Below are positions 8,570-20,063 of a stretch of DNA of 32,000 bases, piece after piece. This DNA comes from an uncultured Chloroflexia bacterium (GTDB lineage: Bacteria; Chloroflexota; Ktedonobacteria; Ktedonobacterales; JADMIN01). The position numbers and the translations under genes were made by a program. The notes beneath the pieces are model-generated. The model was given only the letters and a program-made list of their open reading frames with translations, did no database searches and had not been told where the DNA came from. The stretch's first letter is position 1. Every line of letters starts with the position of its first letter. The DNA is taken from positions 870,001 through 902,000 of the forward strand of contig CAVRAI010000015.1 of the NCBI GenBank assembly GCA_963718915.1, given 5' to 3'.

Positions 8570-9118
8570 ATGGCCCGCCGCGCCACCAATGTCACCCGCG
8601 CCCGCATCCAGGACGTGGCCCTTACCCTGTTCGCGACGCAGGGCTACGCCCTCACCTCGCTGAAAGAGATCGCCACGGCGCTCGATGTGACTAAAGCCGC
8701 CCTCTACTTCTACTTTCCCGCCAAAGCCCAGCTCCTCCATAGTCTGGCAGACCCACTACTTGACGGGGTTCACACGCTGCTGGACACCTATACCGACGGA
8801 CCGCTCACGGCCCACGGCCAGCGGAAACTCGTCTGTGAGCTGACCGATCTGCTGCTGGCCCACCGCCCCGTCTTGGCCTGGCTGGCGCGCGATCTCACGG
8901 CCATGGCGCAGCCAGGGATCGGCGACCGCATCGCGACAAACTTGGCGCACCTGCGGCGCCTTCTGGCGGGGACCGACGCCAGCCTGGCGGGGCAGGTGCG
9001 GGTGGCGGCGGCAGTTGGCGCCCTGATGCGTCCGCTCGTGGCCCTCGACGCGCCGGACCTCAGCCCGCTGCGCGACACGCTCGTCGCCGCCGCCCTGGCT
9101 CCGCTCAACGCAGAGTAG
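8570..9118 (+). CDS. TetR/AcrR-family transcriptional regulator
   Basis: N-terminal HTH TRARIQDVALTLFATQGYALTSLKEIATALDVTKAALYFYF. AAGGAG lies 8 nt upstream of the ATG. Confidence 0.9.
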   Translation: MARRATNVTRARIQDVALTLFATQGYALTSLKEIATALDVTKAALYFYFPAKAQLLHSLADPLLDGVHTLLDTYTDGPLTAHGQRKLVCELTDLLLAHRPVLAWLARDLTAMAQPGIGDRIATNLAHLRRLLAGTDASLAGQVRVAAAVGALMRPLVALDAPDLSPLRDTLVAAALAPLNAE

Positions 9119-9191
9119 GGCGAGAAAAGGGACGTGAGGGCTACCCTACTCGCGTGGCAACAGCCCGGAAGGGTACAGTCGGGCTGCATCG

Positions 9192-9209
9192 CATCGCGTG
9201 TCCGCGATG
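9192..9209. terminator. Small perfect hairpin between convergent genes
   Basis: CATCGCG, loop tgtc, CGCGATG. No U-tract. Confidence 0.2.
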
Positions 9210-9246
9210 TTCATGCCACTACATCGCTCTAGATTCAACTGGGCGG

Positions 9247-10629
9247 TCACTCGGGTTTTCCAGCATTGGGCCGCCGTGCGCGGGTTTGCAGCTTGCTTTG
9301 CAGACGCTCCGTCAGTTTCGCTGGCTCCGACCGCTCGACGGTGATTGTCCGCGCGCCGAGAAAGCGCGCTAGGTCACGTAACGCGCCCGCGATACCATCC
9401 ACCAGCGCGGCATCGATGGTCACGCCAGGCTCCAGAAAGACCGCGCGCGCGATGAGCGTGCCAGTCTCCCGATCCATCTTTGGGTCGAGCCGCCCCACCA
9501 GTCGTCCCTGATGCAGAATCGCCAGCGAGTAATAGCCATAGCGCCGCTTCGCCGGTACGACATACGCCTCGAAGACGACTTCGTAGCCAAACAGTGTGCG
9601 GGCACGGGCGCGATCCCAGATCAGGCTGTCGAACGGTGAGAGAAAGACGGTGCGTTCCGGGCGCAGGCCAGCACGCAAGCGTTCCAGATCAGGCAGCCGA
9701 TCATGCGCGAGGTAGACTGGCTCCTGTATCCCCTCAACCTCGGAGCGTAACGCGCCGCCCGATGCGACCTGCGCCTCCAGCAGGTGTTGCGCGCGTGTTC
9801 GTCCGCCCTTCGTCACGCTGCGCGGCCAGACCATCCGAAAGTAGTCGAAGAGCCACGACGGCGCTACGACTCCCATCGCCTGGATGGTGCGCTGGGTGAG
9901 CGCCGCCAGCCGCTCGTCCTGCGGCTTGTGGTGTCCGTTCAAGGCGTCGCCATTCATTTCCAACTCCACGCGTTCGCGCAGATCATAGACCTTCTGGCCA
10001 CCGCGCCGACTATGCACCATCAAGTCGCCGAGCGTCCAGAGCACTTCGAGCGCAACACGGGTCTCTTTCAGGCCATACCAGTCCCACGCCTGGGCGCGGC
10101 GACCATCATTGGGGCGCTCGAAATCCGCCGATGCCAGCGGCCCGCGCTCGCGGATCGCTTCTATCGTCGTCGTGACGATGTCGGGGTGGTGTTTTGCCCA
10201 GTCACGGTAGTCGTCGTAGAGAAGTCGTTCGGCTTCCGCCATCATCGCTCGGTACATCGGATAGTCGGACATCGGCAGAATCGAGGCGGCGTGGCACCAG
10301 TATTCGAAGATCGCGCGTTCGGGATGGAGCAGATGGTCGAAGAGTGCCTCATCATAGGGGCCGAGGCGGCTCCACAGCACCAGATACTGCGAGCGCCGCG
10401 CCACGTTGATCGTATCTATCTGCACGACGCCAAGCCGTTCGATCATCGCCAGCACATCGGCTCGTGTCGGGCGAGCGGGCGGTGGATGGAGCAATCCCTG
10501 AGCCGCCAGCATCAGCGCGCGCGCCTCGTCGATGCTCAGGCGCAACGGCGCTGTCTGCCCATGCGGCGTGTGATGCGAAGTCGCGCGTGATAACGCCGAC
10601 GGCTCACTATCATGTTTTCGCTGTGCCAT
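9247..10629 (-). CDS. ycaQ: YcaQ/AlkZ-like winged-helix DNA glycosylase (interstrand-crosslink repair family, DUF1006)
   Basis: Collinear with E. coli YcaQ as I recall it: LSIDEARALMLAAQGL, RLGVVQIDTINVARRSQYLVLWSRLGPY (QID motif), FEYWCHAASILP, PAKRRYGYYSLAILHQGRLVGRLDPKMDR. Start chosen at ATG 10629 (GGAG upstream). ATG 10659 and 10671 are also in frame. Confidence 0.85.
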   Translation of the reverse strand: MAQRKHDSEPSALSRATSHHTPHGQTAPLRLSIDEARALMLAAQGLLHPPPARPTRADVLAMIERLGVVQIDTINVARRSQYLVLWSRLGPYDEALFDHLLHPERAIFEYWCHAASILPMSDYPMYRAMMAEAERLLYDDYRDWAKHHPDIVTTTIEAIRERGPLASADFERPNDGRRAQAWDWYGLKETRVALEVLWTLGDLMVHSRRGGQKVYDLRERVELEMNGDALNGHHKPQDERLAALTQRTIQAMGVVAPSWLFDYFRMVWPRSVTKGGRTRAQHLLEAQVASGGALRSEVEGIQEPVYLAHDRLPDLERLRAGLRPERTVFLSPFDSLIWDRARARTLFGYEVVFEAYVVPAKRRYGYYSLAILHQGRLVGRLDPKMDRETGTLIARAVFLEPGVTIDAALVDGIAGALRDLARFLGARTITVERSEPAKLTERLQSKLQTRARRPNAGKPE

Positions 10630-10917
10630 GCGTCTTACTCCGTGTTTTCGCTGTATCATCATCGAGAACATCGAACAAATATCTACAACCAGACCAGTAT
10701 ACTATGGGCCGCATGTCAGTGCGCATCGAATGGCGTCTCCACGACACAGGCAGTAGACGTTGGCGTCATGCGTGCGATATAACGGCTAGTAGCCCCGGAA
10801 ATCATTGGCGCTCGTCGTTCGCGCGCTGAGTCCTTGAGGGTGACTCTGAACGCACGTGAACGTGGCGCGCCATGAGCGGGTTGGGTTGTGTTCATCGCCC
10901 CGTCAGGAGGATTCGCT

Positions 10918-12489
10918 ATGAAAACGCCGCTGACCCCGCTAGAGTTTATGCGCCGAAGCCGTCGCCTCTACCCCAATCAGGAGGCCGTCGTTGACGGCGA
11001 TCTTCGTCTTACCTACACGCAGTTCTTTGATCGCTGCGACCGCTGGGCGGCGGCGCTGGCGGCGCTGGGCGTTGGCAAGGGCGACCGCGTCGCCTACATC
11101 GCTCCCAATACGCATGCGCAACTCGAATCGTTCTATTCCGTGCCGCAACTGGGCGCGGTGCTGGTGCCAATCAACTATCGCCTGATTGCCGACGATTTTG
11201 TCTATATCATCAACCACTCTGGCGCCAAAATTGTTTGCGTCCATGAGGACTATCTGGATGCCGTCGATGGTATCCGCGACCAGTTGCCTAATGTAGAGCA
11301 TTACATCGCGCTGGAGGGCACGCGGCCCAACTGGCAACAGTACGAGCATCTACTTGAGTCCGCGCCCGCCGACTTTGCGCGTCCGGACATCAGTGAAGAC
11401 GACCTGCTCACGATCAACTACACCAGCGGCACCACCTCGCGCCCCAAAGGCGTGATGATTACCCACCGTAACGCCTACATCAATACCGTGGGAACGCTGG
11501 TTCACGTCCATATGACGCCCGACGACACCTATCTCTGGACGTTGCCGATGTTCCACGCCAACGGTTGGACCTTCGTCTGGACCGTCACCGCCGCCGGAGC
11601 CAGGCATGTCTGTCTGCGCAAGGTAGACCCCGCCACCATCTTTGAATTGATTCGCCAGGAGCATGTGACGATGCTCTGTGCCGCGCCGACAGTGCTGATC
11701 GCTATCGCGAGTAGCCCGGAAGAACTTCGCCGTAACGCGCCGACAGGCGTGCAGGTGTTGACGGCTGGCGCACCCCCGGCGGCTGCCACCATCGAACGAG
11801 TTGAGGGTGAGCTGGGCTGGACGATCACGCAAGTCTACGGCCTGACCGAGACGGCGCCATTCATCACCATCTGCGAGCCGCGTATGCTTCACGACTCTTA
11901 TACGCCAGAGGAACGGGCAACCATCAAGGCGCGCCAGGGCGTCGAGTTGATAACTTCGGGCGAGTTGCTGGTGGTGGACGATAACGGCAACGAGGTGCCA
12001 CACGATGGCAAGACGATTGGCGAGATCGTAGCGCGCGGCAACGTTGTGATGGAGGGCTACTACAACGACCCCGAGGCGACGGAGAGGGCCTTCACGGGCG
12101 GCTACTTCCACTCAGGCGACGCAGCGGTAGTTCACCCGGATGGCTATGTCGAGATTCGCGACCGCATCAAGGATGTGATTATCAGCGGCGGCGAGAATAT
12201 CTCTTCTATCGAGATCGAGGGTGTGCTGCTGCGGCATCCCGCGGTGCAGGAGGTGGCGGTGGTGGGCATGCCCGACGCGCAGTGGGGCGAGTCGCCGCAT
12301 GCGTTCGTCGTGCTCAAGCCAGGCGCGACCGCGACCGACGAGGAGCTACGCCAGTTTGTGCACGACCGCATGGCGCACTTCAAGACGCCGCGTGCCGTCC
12401 ACTTCGTGGCGGAACTGCCCAAGACAGCGACCGGCAAGATACAGAAGTTCGTCCTGCGCGGCAGCAAAGCGGCGATTGCCCAGCAGTGA
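10918..12489 (+). CDS. AMP-dependent acyl-CoA synthetase/ligase (fatty-acid--CoA ligase family)
   Basis: AMP-binding signature INYTSGTTSRPKGVM, plus GYYNDPEAT, SGDAAVVHPDGYVEIRDRIKDVIISGGENIS and the C-terminal LPKTATGKIQK. AGGAGG lies upstream of ATG 10918. Confidence 0.9.
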   Translation: MKTPLTPLEFMRRSRRLYPNQEAVVDGDLRLTYTQFFDRCDRWAAALAALGVGKGDRVAYIAPNTHAQLESFYSVPQLGAVLVPINYRLIADDFVYIINHSGAKIVCVHEDYLDAVDGIRDQLPNVEHYIALEGTRPNWQQYEHLLESAPADFARPDISEDDLLTINYTSGTTSRPKGVMITHRNAYINTVGTLVHVHMTPDDTYLWTLPMFHANGWTFVWTVTAAGARHVCLRKVDPATIFELIRQEHVTMLCAAPTVLIAIASSPEELRRNAPTGVQVLTAGAPPAAATIERVEGELGWTITQVYGLTETAPFITICEPRMLHDSYTPEERATIKARQGVELITSGELLVVDDNGNEVPHDGKTIGEIVARGNVVMEGYYNDPEATERAFTGGYFHSGDAAVVHPDGYVEIRDRIKDVIISGGENISSIEIEGVLLRHPAVQEVAVVGMPDAQWGESPHAFVVLKPGATATDEELRQFVHDRMAHFKTPRAVHFVAELPKTATGKIQKFVLRGSKAAIAQQ

Positions 12490-12551
12490 CCTCACCTCCA
12501 ACTCCCACTCTTTGTAGCGAGGGGTTATAGATTTCGTCTGTGGAGACTGCG

Positions 12552-13241
12552 ATGGATGACGGCGACGACCCTGGCGGCACGCGGGACGGTTCACCGGATC
12601 ATGATGCATCTCACGAAGGGATGATCATCGAAGGGTTGCGCCCCCCGCTCACTGCTGAGCAGCGCAGACGCCGGGCAGCTGTCATCGTCATCGTGGTTAT
12701 CGGCGCTCTATTGGTCCTGCTCTGGCCCGCCATCTCATCTGAAGGTGTCTTTTCCGCGATTCGACTTGCCCCGGCGGCCACCGCAACAGGAGGAGGCATC
12801 ACGTCGCGCTCGCAGTTTCAGAGCGGCATTACTACCGTGAGTGGTACATCGTCGGGCGCGTCAGGTACACCCGCTACGATGTGCCCGGTGACACCACTCG
12901 TTACATCGAATGGCTGGAATGAGATGCATGCCGATATCGTCGGCGATGGCGATGTCTGGGCGCTCCTGCTGTCGGGGCCAACGAGTTCTGCGAACAGCGC
13001 CACGCACATTGTCTGGCGGGCAACTGGCTCAGGAGCATTCCAGGTCTACGCCAGTGGGCCTGACAATGCGCGACTGCTTCCCGTCAATGGTCCCGACCCG
13101 CACCCAGGAGGCTCGAACTGGCAGCGTCCCGGCGACGAGTGGCAGACGAACTTTATCTTCCCAACGCTGGGCTGCTGGCAGCTTCAAGTCACTCGTGGCA
13201 CTGATCTGTATGCGAGTATCTGGCTGAATATCGGCGCCTGA
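12552..13241 (+). CDS. Hypothetical membrane-anchored protein
   Basis: Acidic N-terminus, one TM helix (AAVIVIVVIGALLVLLWPAI), a Ser/Gly/Thr-rich linker and a C-terminal globular domain with no motif I can name. ATG 12552 is preceded by GGAG. Confidence 0.55.
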   Translation: MDDGDDPGGTRDGSPDHDASHEGMIIEGLRPPLTAEQRRRRAAVIVIVVIGALLVLLWPAISSEGVFSAIRLAPAATATGGGITSRSQFQSGITTVSGTSSGASGTPATMCPVTPLVTSNGWNEMHADIVGDGDVWALLLSGPTSSANSATHIVWRATGSGAFQVYASGPDNARLLPVNGPDPHPGGSNWQRPGDEWQTNFIFPTLGCWQLQVTRGTDLYASIWLNIGA

Positions 13242-13274
13242 TTCGCGGCCATTACAGCCCCCACAAGCACTTTG

Positions 13275-14660
13275 TCATACCGTCAGCACAGCGCCATCGA
13301 GCAGCATCAGCCTTTTGCCGTCGGGAGACCAGCGTAACGCGCTGAGGATTCCGCTGAACGTGGAGGGTTGCGGCGGCTCGGCCACGGCCTTGAGCAAACG
13401 ACCACTGGCGCTATCGTAGATGTTCACTTTCTGGTCGTTGTGGAGATTGAACGTCGCCAGTTCTTTTCCATCGGCTCGCCATGTGATATAGACAACAGGC
13501 TGAGCGGCTGTATTTGTGGGAATGCTCTGAAGAACCCGCAGGAAAGCCGTGTCGCGCGCTAGCAGAATCGGGAGCGCGCCGTGATTATCAGGCTGGGGTG
13601 GTGTTGGTCCGGAGAGATGTGGCGCGACCAGCGTCTGCATCGCGATAGGCGCCATCACGAAGCGGCCATCGGGTGAGGCGGCGGCGAAGTTTGCCTGAAA
13701 GAAGACATGCGCGTCGCCGTTGGTACCAGGATTCGTGGCATCTGTTGGCGAGAGGCCCGTCAGCCAACCCGCCTGCCAGAGCGCAAACGACTCGTCCCCC
13801 TGTGGATTGCCGACAGGCGTCGCTACCTGCCTGCTGGGGTCTATCCCCTGCTCCGCCCACGCGTACTGATAGGCCAGGGGAAGCGCGTTCTCGTAGAAAT
13901 ATTGCGTCGCGCTGGCGATCATACGACTATGGCCCGTGGCCAGATCCCAGACGAGACTGATTCCGGGTATTGGGTACGAGGTTCCATAGCGATTGAGGAT
14001 CTCCTCGAACAGCACATTCGGGTGTGTATTCGCGCTGCTGGGGTCAATCACTATGATGCCGAACTGTGTGGTCGTCTGGCCGCTGCCGGTGCGCGGTGGC
14101 AAGGAGAATGTGACGGCAAGCTGTTTCTCGCCGTTCAGCCAGAGGACCTGCCCCAAAGCGACATGGTCGGTATCGAAGGCGTGAGCCAGCGTCGTTTCGG
14201 CAGGCTCAAGCAATGCATCGAGCGCGATCTGACGTGTTCGCCGCTGGCCTGTGCCGTCATAGATATCCAGCACGCCAGAAAGGTGCTCCATTGTCTCGCC
14301 GCAGTTTCCGGTGTAACCCAGCACCGCCAGACGATTGCCCGATGGCGACCATTGCGCATCATGCAGGCAGGTAGCTATCGGGCCAGGCGGTGGCGGAAAC
14401 GCCCGATTCCACGCGTTCCCCGCCAAAGACGCGAGGCTCTGCCCGAAGAGCGCCGCCACCAGCGCAAGCGTCAGTACGAGGCCACCAGTGCGCCACACCT
14501 TCTGGCGTATGGTGAGCGGTTGCTCCGTGAGACCACCCGCACGCCAGAGCCGCGCCCATGGGCGTTGCGGGCCAGCATGCGCCATCGTCTCTACTGTGAG
14601 TTGAGTGTCGTCGGATTGGTTCGTCGCTGGGTCTGCATCGGGTGATTGGAAGTTTGCCAT
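13275..14660 (-). CDS. Single-pass membrane protein with PD40/TolB-like beta-propeller repeats
   Basis: TM helix GGLVLTLALVAALFG, with repeats WSPSGNRLAVLG, ASPDGRFVMAP, WRADGKELATFN and WSPDGKRLMLLD. Start chosen at ATG 14660 (MANFQSPDAD). The SD is weak. Confidence 0.65.
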   Translation of the reverse strand: MANFQSPDADPATNQSDDTQLTVETMAHAGPQRPWARLWRAGGLTEQPLTIRQKVWRTGGLVLTLALVAALFGQSLASLAGNAWNRAFPPPPGPIATCLHDAQWSPSGNRLAVLGYTGNCGETMEHLSGVLDIYDGTGQRRTRQIALDALLEPAETTLAHAFDTDHVALGQVLWLNGEKQLAVTFSLPPRTGSGQTTTQFGIIVIDPSSANTHPNVLFEEILNRYGTSYPIPGISLVWDLATGHSRMIASATQYFYENALPLAYQYAWAEQGIDPSRQVATPVGNPQGDESFALWQAGWLTGLSPTDATNPGTNGDAHVFFQANFAAASPDGRFVMAPIAMQTLVAPHLSGPTPPQPDNHGALPILLARDTAFLRVLQSIPTNTAAQPVVYITWRADGKELATFNLHNDQKVNIYDSASGRLLKAVAEPPQPSTFSGILSALRWSPDGKRLMLLDGAVLTV

Positions 14661-14822
14661 CTCGATACCTGTCGAAAAGCGCGCTACCATATGCCGCCAT
14701 ATGGAGCGAAGCCACGCTCGTAGGATATTTCCGCACTCATTGTGCCAGTCGGGATGTGATTCGGCAAGCCGGAACAAACACTTTGCTCCATTCGCTCTGT
14801 CTATAGAACAACGTTGAGGACA

Positions 14823-15413
14823 ATGTTGCGCAACGAGTGGGATGAGCGATATGGGGATATGCGGATGGAATACGAGCGTTTTTCGTCGTTAGTAGCTCCC
14901 CATACCGCCATACTTGCCCGGGTGGCCGCCGCGCTGGTAGGGTTGGCCGACGCCGAAGACGCCGCTCAGGAGGCGTTGCTGCGGGCATGGCAACATTGGC
15001 CCTCGTTACGCGAAACAGGCGCGGTGCGTGCCTGGCTGCTACGGATCACGGTGAACGTCTGCCATAACTGGCAGGCAGGACACTTTGGCACAACCCGTCG
15101 CCTCAACGAGCCACTCGACCGCGTATTGCATGACACCGCGCAAGAGCAGTATGGCGGCGAACCACATGACGCCGAGGCGCTGGATGTGCGCCAGGCAGTC
15201 GCGACATTGCCTGAAGACTTGCGCCATGTCATCGGGCTTCGTTTCTATGCTGGGATGAATTCGACTGAGATCGGCGAGGTGCTCGAAATACCAGCGGCAA
15301 CGGTGCGGACTCGCCTTCGGCGCGCGCTGGAACTGCTACGCGAGCGACTGGCGCATGGCGACTCCGGCATGACCAGCAAAATAGCACGCGGGGAGGGTGC
15401 TTCCAATGGCTAA
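14823..15413 (+). CDS. ECF-type RNA polymerase sigma-70 family factor
   Basis: Region 2 is AEDAAQEALLRAWQHWPSL...WLLRITVNVCHNW. Region 4 is LPEDLRHVIGLRFYAGMNSTEIGEVLEIPAATVRTRLRRALELLR. The start is uncertain (TTG 14814, ATG 14823, ATG 14859 or 14865). Confidence 0.85.
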   Translation: MLRNEWDERYGDMRMEYERFSSLVAPHTAILARVAAALVGLADAEDAAQEALLRAWQHWPSLRETGAVRAWLLRITVNVCHNWQAGHFGTTRRLNEPLDRVLHDTAQEQYGGEPHDAEALDVRQAVATLPEDLRHVIGLRFYAGMNSTEIGEVLEIPAATVRTRLRRALELLRERLAHGDSGMTSKIARGEGASNG

Positions 15414-17007
15414 TCAGCGTCCTGATGCCGAGATAGCGCATGATCTGGCGGCGCTGCCTTCCGACCTCCAGCCACTCTATCGGCGTCTCACCGATGATGG
15501 TAACGCCTGGCGGGCGGCGTCTGCTCAGTGGTTGGCGTCGCTGGCACAGTTGCTGACAGACGATGTCGAGCGGATGGCGCTGGATAGCTCGCTAGCCACG
15601 GACGTAACGTCTGATAGGTCTGCGCCTGCGAGTGCTATCGAGACGCCCGCAGGAGTGACAGCGTCTCCGTCGGTTCGCCAGCATCGGCGGCAGTGGATAT
15701 TCGGGACCATTGCCGCTGTTGTTGTCGTCGCGCTACTGGCGCTTGTGCTTCAAGGCGCGCTTGCGGGCCGGGGAAACACCGGGCCGACGAATAAACAAAC
15801 AGGAACGTGGCAAATCCTCGACAAGCTGACATGGAAACGTACCCCATTGGGACAGCAACTTCCTATCATCGCACCGAGTGATCCGCAGGTTGTTTATGAA
15901 GTGACAAATTTGGAAAATGGTTCCGCAGAGACCAGCAAAGCGGTGAGCTATGCCAGCCTGCGTCGCACTGAGGATGGAGGCGAAACCTGGCACAACCTTC
16001 CGTTGCCATTGCCACTTGATTATATCTCCATCATTGAAATTCGTGTCAGCCCCCTCAATGCCAGGACGGTCTTCATGTCCATCTGGGATCGGTCGAGCAC
16101 AGTGTGCGATCCAGCCACGGGCGTTATGGGAGAATGGGGTTGCCTGCGGGGCTACGTGAGCACTGACGGCGGCGATTCATGGCAGACGCAAACCCTTACG
16201 GTGTCTGGTGTTCTCGATACCCAAGGGGCTATCGTCGCCCAGGGCAGCAGGCTCTTCGCGAGCAACGCCTGTAACGGCGATTCGTGCGTGCATCTGCTCA
16301 CCAGCGCCGACGGCGGCCTGACCTGGCATGTGGTGGATGATCAGATAACAGCCGCGAGGCAGCACATCTGTGATCTCGCCGCGCCAGCAACTGGCCAGAC
16401 GGTGTATGCTGTCGCCTCGCAGGTCGCGTGTGGTCAGCCTGCCAGCACAAAGTCACTCTGGCGTAGCAACGACGCTGGTGTCCATTGGGCGCCGATTGGG
16501 CCACTCCTCCCCAAACCGTTGGCGCAGCAGTCCTTTACGCTGCTAAGCAGCACTGTGCTGACCGCGCCGGGAGCGGATCACCTGGCTCTGCTCTATCTCA
16601 ACCAGCCCTATGTCACTGCGGCTGGAACGAGTTTTCGGTATAGCGAGGACAGCGGCGTCACCTGGAAGTCGACGCCTGCCGCGACGGATATCCCGACCTG
16701 CGCATCCCCAGAAACTATCTGTGACGCGGTACAGCCGCTGCCTATCGGCGAGGCGACCGTCTTGAGCGATGGCTCGCTCCTGTACATGCCGTTTGATGCT
16801 CCCGAGGCGCCGTTGACGCCCTATGTCTGGACACCGGGCGCAAGCGCATGGCAACGCCTGCCACAGCTTCCCAGCGAGGTGACAGCGCCAGGGAGCATTA
16901 TCGTGACGCCCGGCGCGAATGGGCGCGACACAATCACGATGGCGCTCCGCTCCAGCGGCGATGCGTCGAACCCCATCGCGTATTACGTTGTTCGCTACCA
17001 GATGTGA
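15406..17007 (+). CDS. Putative anti-sigma / sensor protein: cytoplasmic N-terminus, one TM helix, extracytoplasmic BNR (Asp-box) beta-propeller
   Basis: Its ATG overlaps the sigma-gene stop (ATGGCTAA, 8-nt overlap) and GGGGAGGG lies upstream. TM helix WIFGTIAAVVVVALLALVLQGAL. Five Asp-boxes: TEDGGETW, STDGGDSW, SADGGLTW, SNDAGVHW, SEDSGVTW. Confidence 0.75.
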   Translation: MANQRPDAEIAHDLAALPSDLQPLYRRLTDDGNAWRAASAQWLASLAQLLTDDVERMALDSSLATDVTSDRSAPASAIETPAGVTASPSVRQHRRQWIFGTIAAVVVVALLALVLQGALAGRGNTGPTNKQTGTWQILDKLTWKRTPLGQQLPIIAPSDPQVVYEVTNLENGSAETSKAVSYASLRRTEDGGETWHNLPLPLPLDYISIIEIRVSPLNARTVFMSIWDRSSTVCDPATGVMGEWGCLRGYVSTDGGDSWQTQTLTVSGVLDTQGAIVAQGSRLFASNACNGDSCVHLLTSADGGLTWHVVDDQITAARQHICDLAAPATGQTVYAVASQVACGQPASTKSLWRSNDAGVHWAPIGPLLPKPLAQQSFTLLSSTVLTAPGADHLALLYLNQPYVTAAGTSFRYSEDSGVTWKSTPAATDIPTCASPETICDAVQPLPIGEATVLSDGSLLYMPFDAPEAPLTPYVWTPGASAWQRLPQLPSEVTAPGSIIVTPGANGRDTITMALRSSGDASNPIAYYVVRYQM

Positions 17008-17093
17008 ACCTCACCCCGCCCCTCTCCCACAGAGAGAGCAGAGCCAGACGACAAGAATACACACCGGAGATCGTCGATGGCAGGGAGTGAGGT

Positions 17094-18701
<1,608 letters not shown>

Positions 18702-18782
18702 GGATGTCCATCCTTCGCAACATGACAACGGCCCGCGTATCGCCAGGGACACGCGGGCTGCCGAGGCGGATTCATACTGCAA

Positions 18783-20063
18783 TTAGTGATGCGCGAACTG
18801 CGCCAGTTCCGTCGAGCCAGTGAGCGCGGTCGTCGAAGACTGCCCGCTCGCTATGACCTGTGCCACCTCGTCGAAGTAGCCCGTGCCCACCTCGCGCTGG
18901 TGGCGTGTCGCGCTATAACCCTGCTTCTCAGCGGCGAACTCTGCCTGCTGCAAGTCGGAATAGGCCGCCATGCCACGATCCCGGTAGCCAGTCGCCAGCG
19001 CGAACATACTGTGATTGAGCGCGTGGAAGCCAGCCAGCGTGACGAACTGGAACTTGTAACCCATGGCTCCAAGCTCGCGCTGGAAGGACGCGATGGTGGC
19101 CTCGTCCAGTTTTTTCTTCCAGTTGAACGACGGCGAGCAATTATACGCCAGCAACTTGCCCGGGAATTTCGCGTGAATGGCTCGGGCGAAACGGCGCGCC
19201 TCCTCGACGTTCGGCTCGGCGGTCTCACACCAGATCAGATCGACGTATGGAGCATAGGCCAGGCCACGGGCAATCGCCGCGTCCAGCCCGCCGCGCATCT
19301 GGTAGAAGCCCTCTGGGGTGCGCTCGCCAGTCAGGAACTCGTGGTCATATTCGTCGATGTCGCTCATGATGAGGTGCGCGCCATTGGCGTCGGTGCGGGC
19401 AACCACCAGCGTCGGCACGCCCATCACATCGGCTGCCAGCCGGGCGGCGACCAGATTACGCACGGCATTCTGGGTGGGGATCAAGACCTTGCCGCCCATG
19501 TGCCCGCACTTTTTCTCGGAGGCAAGCTGATCCTCGAAGTGGACGCCCGCCGCGCCCGCCTCGATCATTGCCTTCATCAACTCAAAGCAGTTGAGCGGGC
19601 CGCCAAAGCCTGCCTCGGCGTCGGCGACGATGGGAGCGAACCAGTAGGTGTCGTCGTTGCCCTCGGCGTGGTGAATCTGGTCGGCGCGCTGGAGCGCCTG
19701 GTTGATCTTGCGAACGACCTGGGGAACGCTGTTGGCGGGATAGAGGCTCTGATCGGGGTACATCTGGCCCGCCAGATTCGCATCTGCCGCGACCTGCCAG
19801 CCGCTCAGGTAAATCGCTTTGAGTCCAGCTTTCACCTGCTGCATCGCTTGATTGCCTGTCAATGCGCCGAGCGCGGCAATGTAGGGTTCGGAGTGGAGGA
19901 GCTTCCAGAGGCGATCTGCTCCCATACGGGCGAGGGTGTATTCGATAGTGACCGAGCCGCGCAATCGTAGAACGTCGTCTGCGGTATAAGGCCGGATGAT
20001 ATCAGCCCAACGTGTGTCATGGAGCCAGCTTTTCGCCAGTGTCTGAGCCTGATGTTCGCTCAT
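18783..20063 (-). CDS. aceA: Isocitrate lyase
   Basis: ICL signature [13 protein letters not shown], plus [19 protein letters not shown] and [17 protein letters not shown] 20063 is preceded by AAGGAG. aceB lies 81 nt downstream on the same strand. Confidence 0.95.
   Translation of the reverse strand: MSEHQAQTLAKSWLHDTRWADIIRPYTADDVLRLRGSVTIEYTLARMGADRLWKLLHSEPYIAALGALTGNQAMQQVKAGLKAIYLSGWQVAADANLAGQMYPDQSLYPANSVPQVVRKINQALQRADQIHHAEGNDDTYWFAPIVADAEAGFGGPLNCFELMKAMIEAGAAGVHFEDQLASEKKCGHMGGKVLIPTQNAVRNLVAARLAADVMGVPTLVVARTDANGAHLIMSDIDEYDHEFLTGERTPEGFYQMRGGLDAAIARGLAYAPYVDLIWCETAEPNVEEARRFARAIHAKFPGKLLAYNCSPSFNWKKKLDEATIASFQRELGAMGYKFQFVTLAGFHALNHSMFALATGYRDRGMAAYSDLQQAEFAAEKQGYSATRHQREVGTGYFDEVAQVIASGQSSTTALTGSTELAQFAHH

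Noticed and set aside
9784-10590. 268-aa ORF on the plus strand
   Set aside because: It is antisense to the YcaQ-like gene. It is a shadow ORF.
11350-12111. 253-aa ORF on the minus strand
   Set aside because: It is antisense to the acyl-CoA synthetase. It is a shadow ORF.
13707-14645. 312-aa ORF on the plus strand
   Set aside because: It is antisense to the PD40-repeat protein, which has clear repeat motifs. It is a shadow ORF.
14771-14798. ECF-type autoregulatory promoter GGAAC-N17-CGCTCT upstream of the sigma gene
   Set aside because: The -35 GGAAC is good, but the -10 does not match the common CGTC/GTT-type elements. It is mentioned under the ECF finding and not called as a feature.
18786-19970. 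394-aa ORF on the plus strand
   Set aside because: It is antisense to isocitrate lyase. It is a shadow ORF with no recognisable domain.
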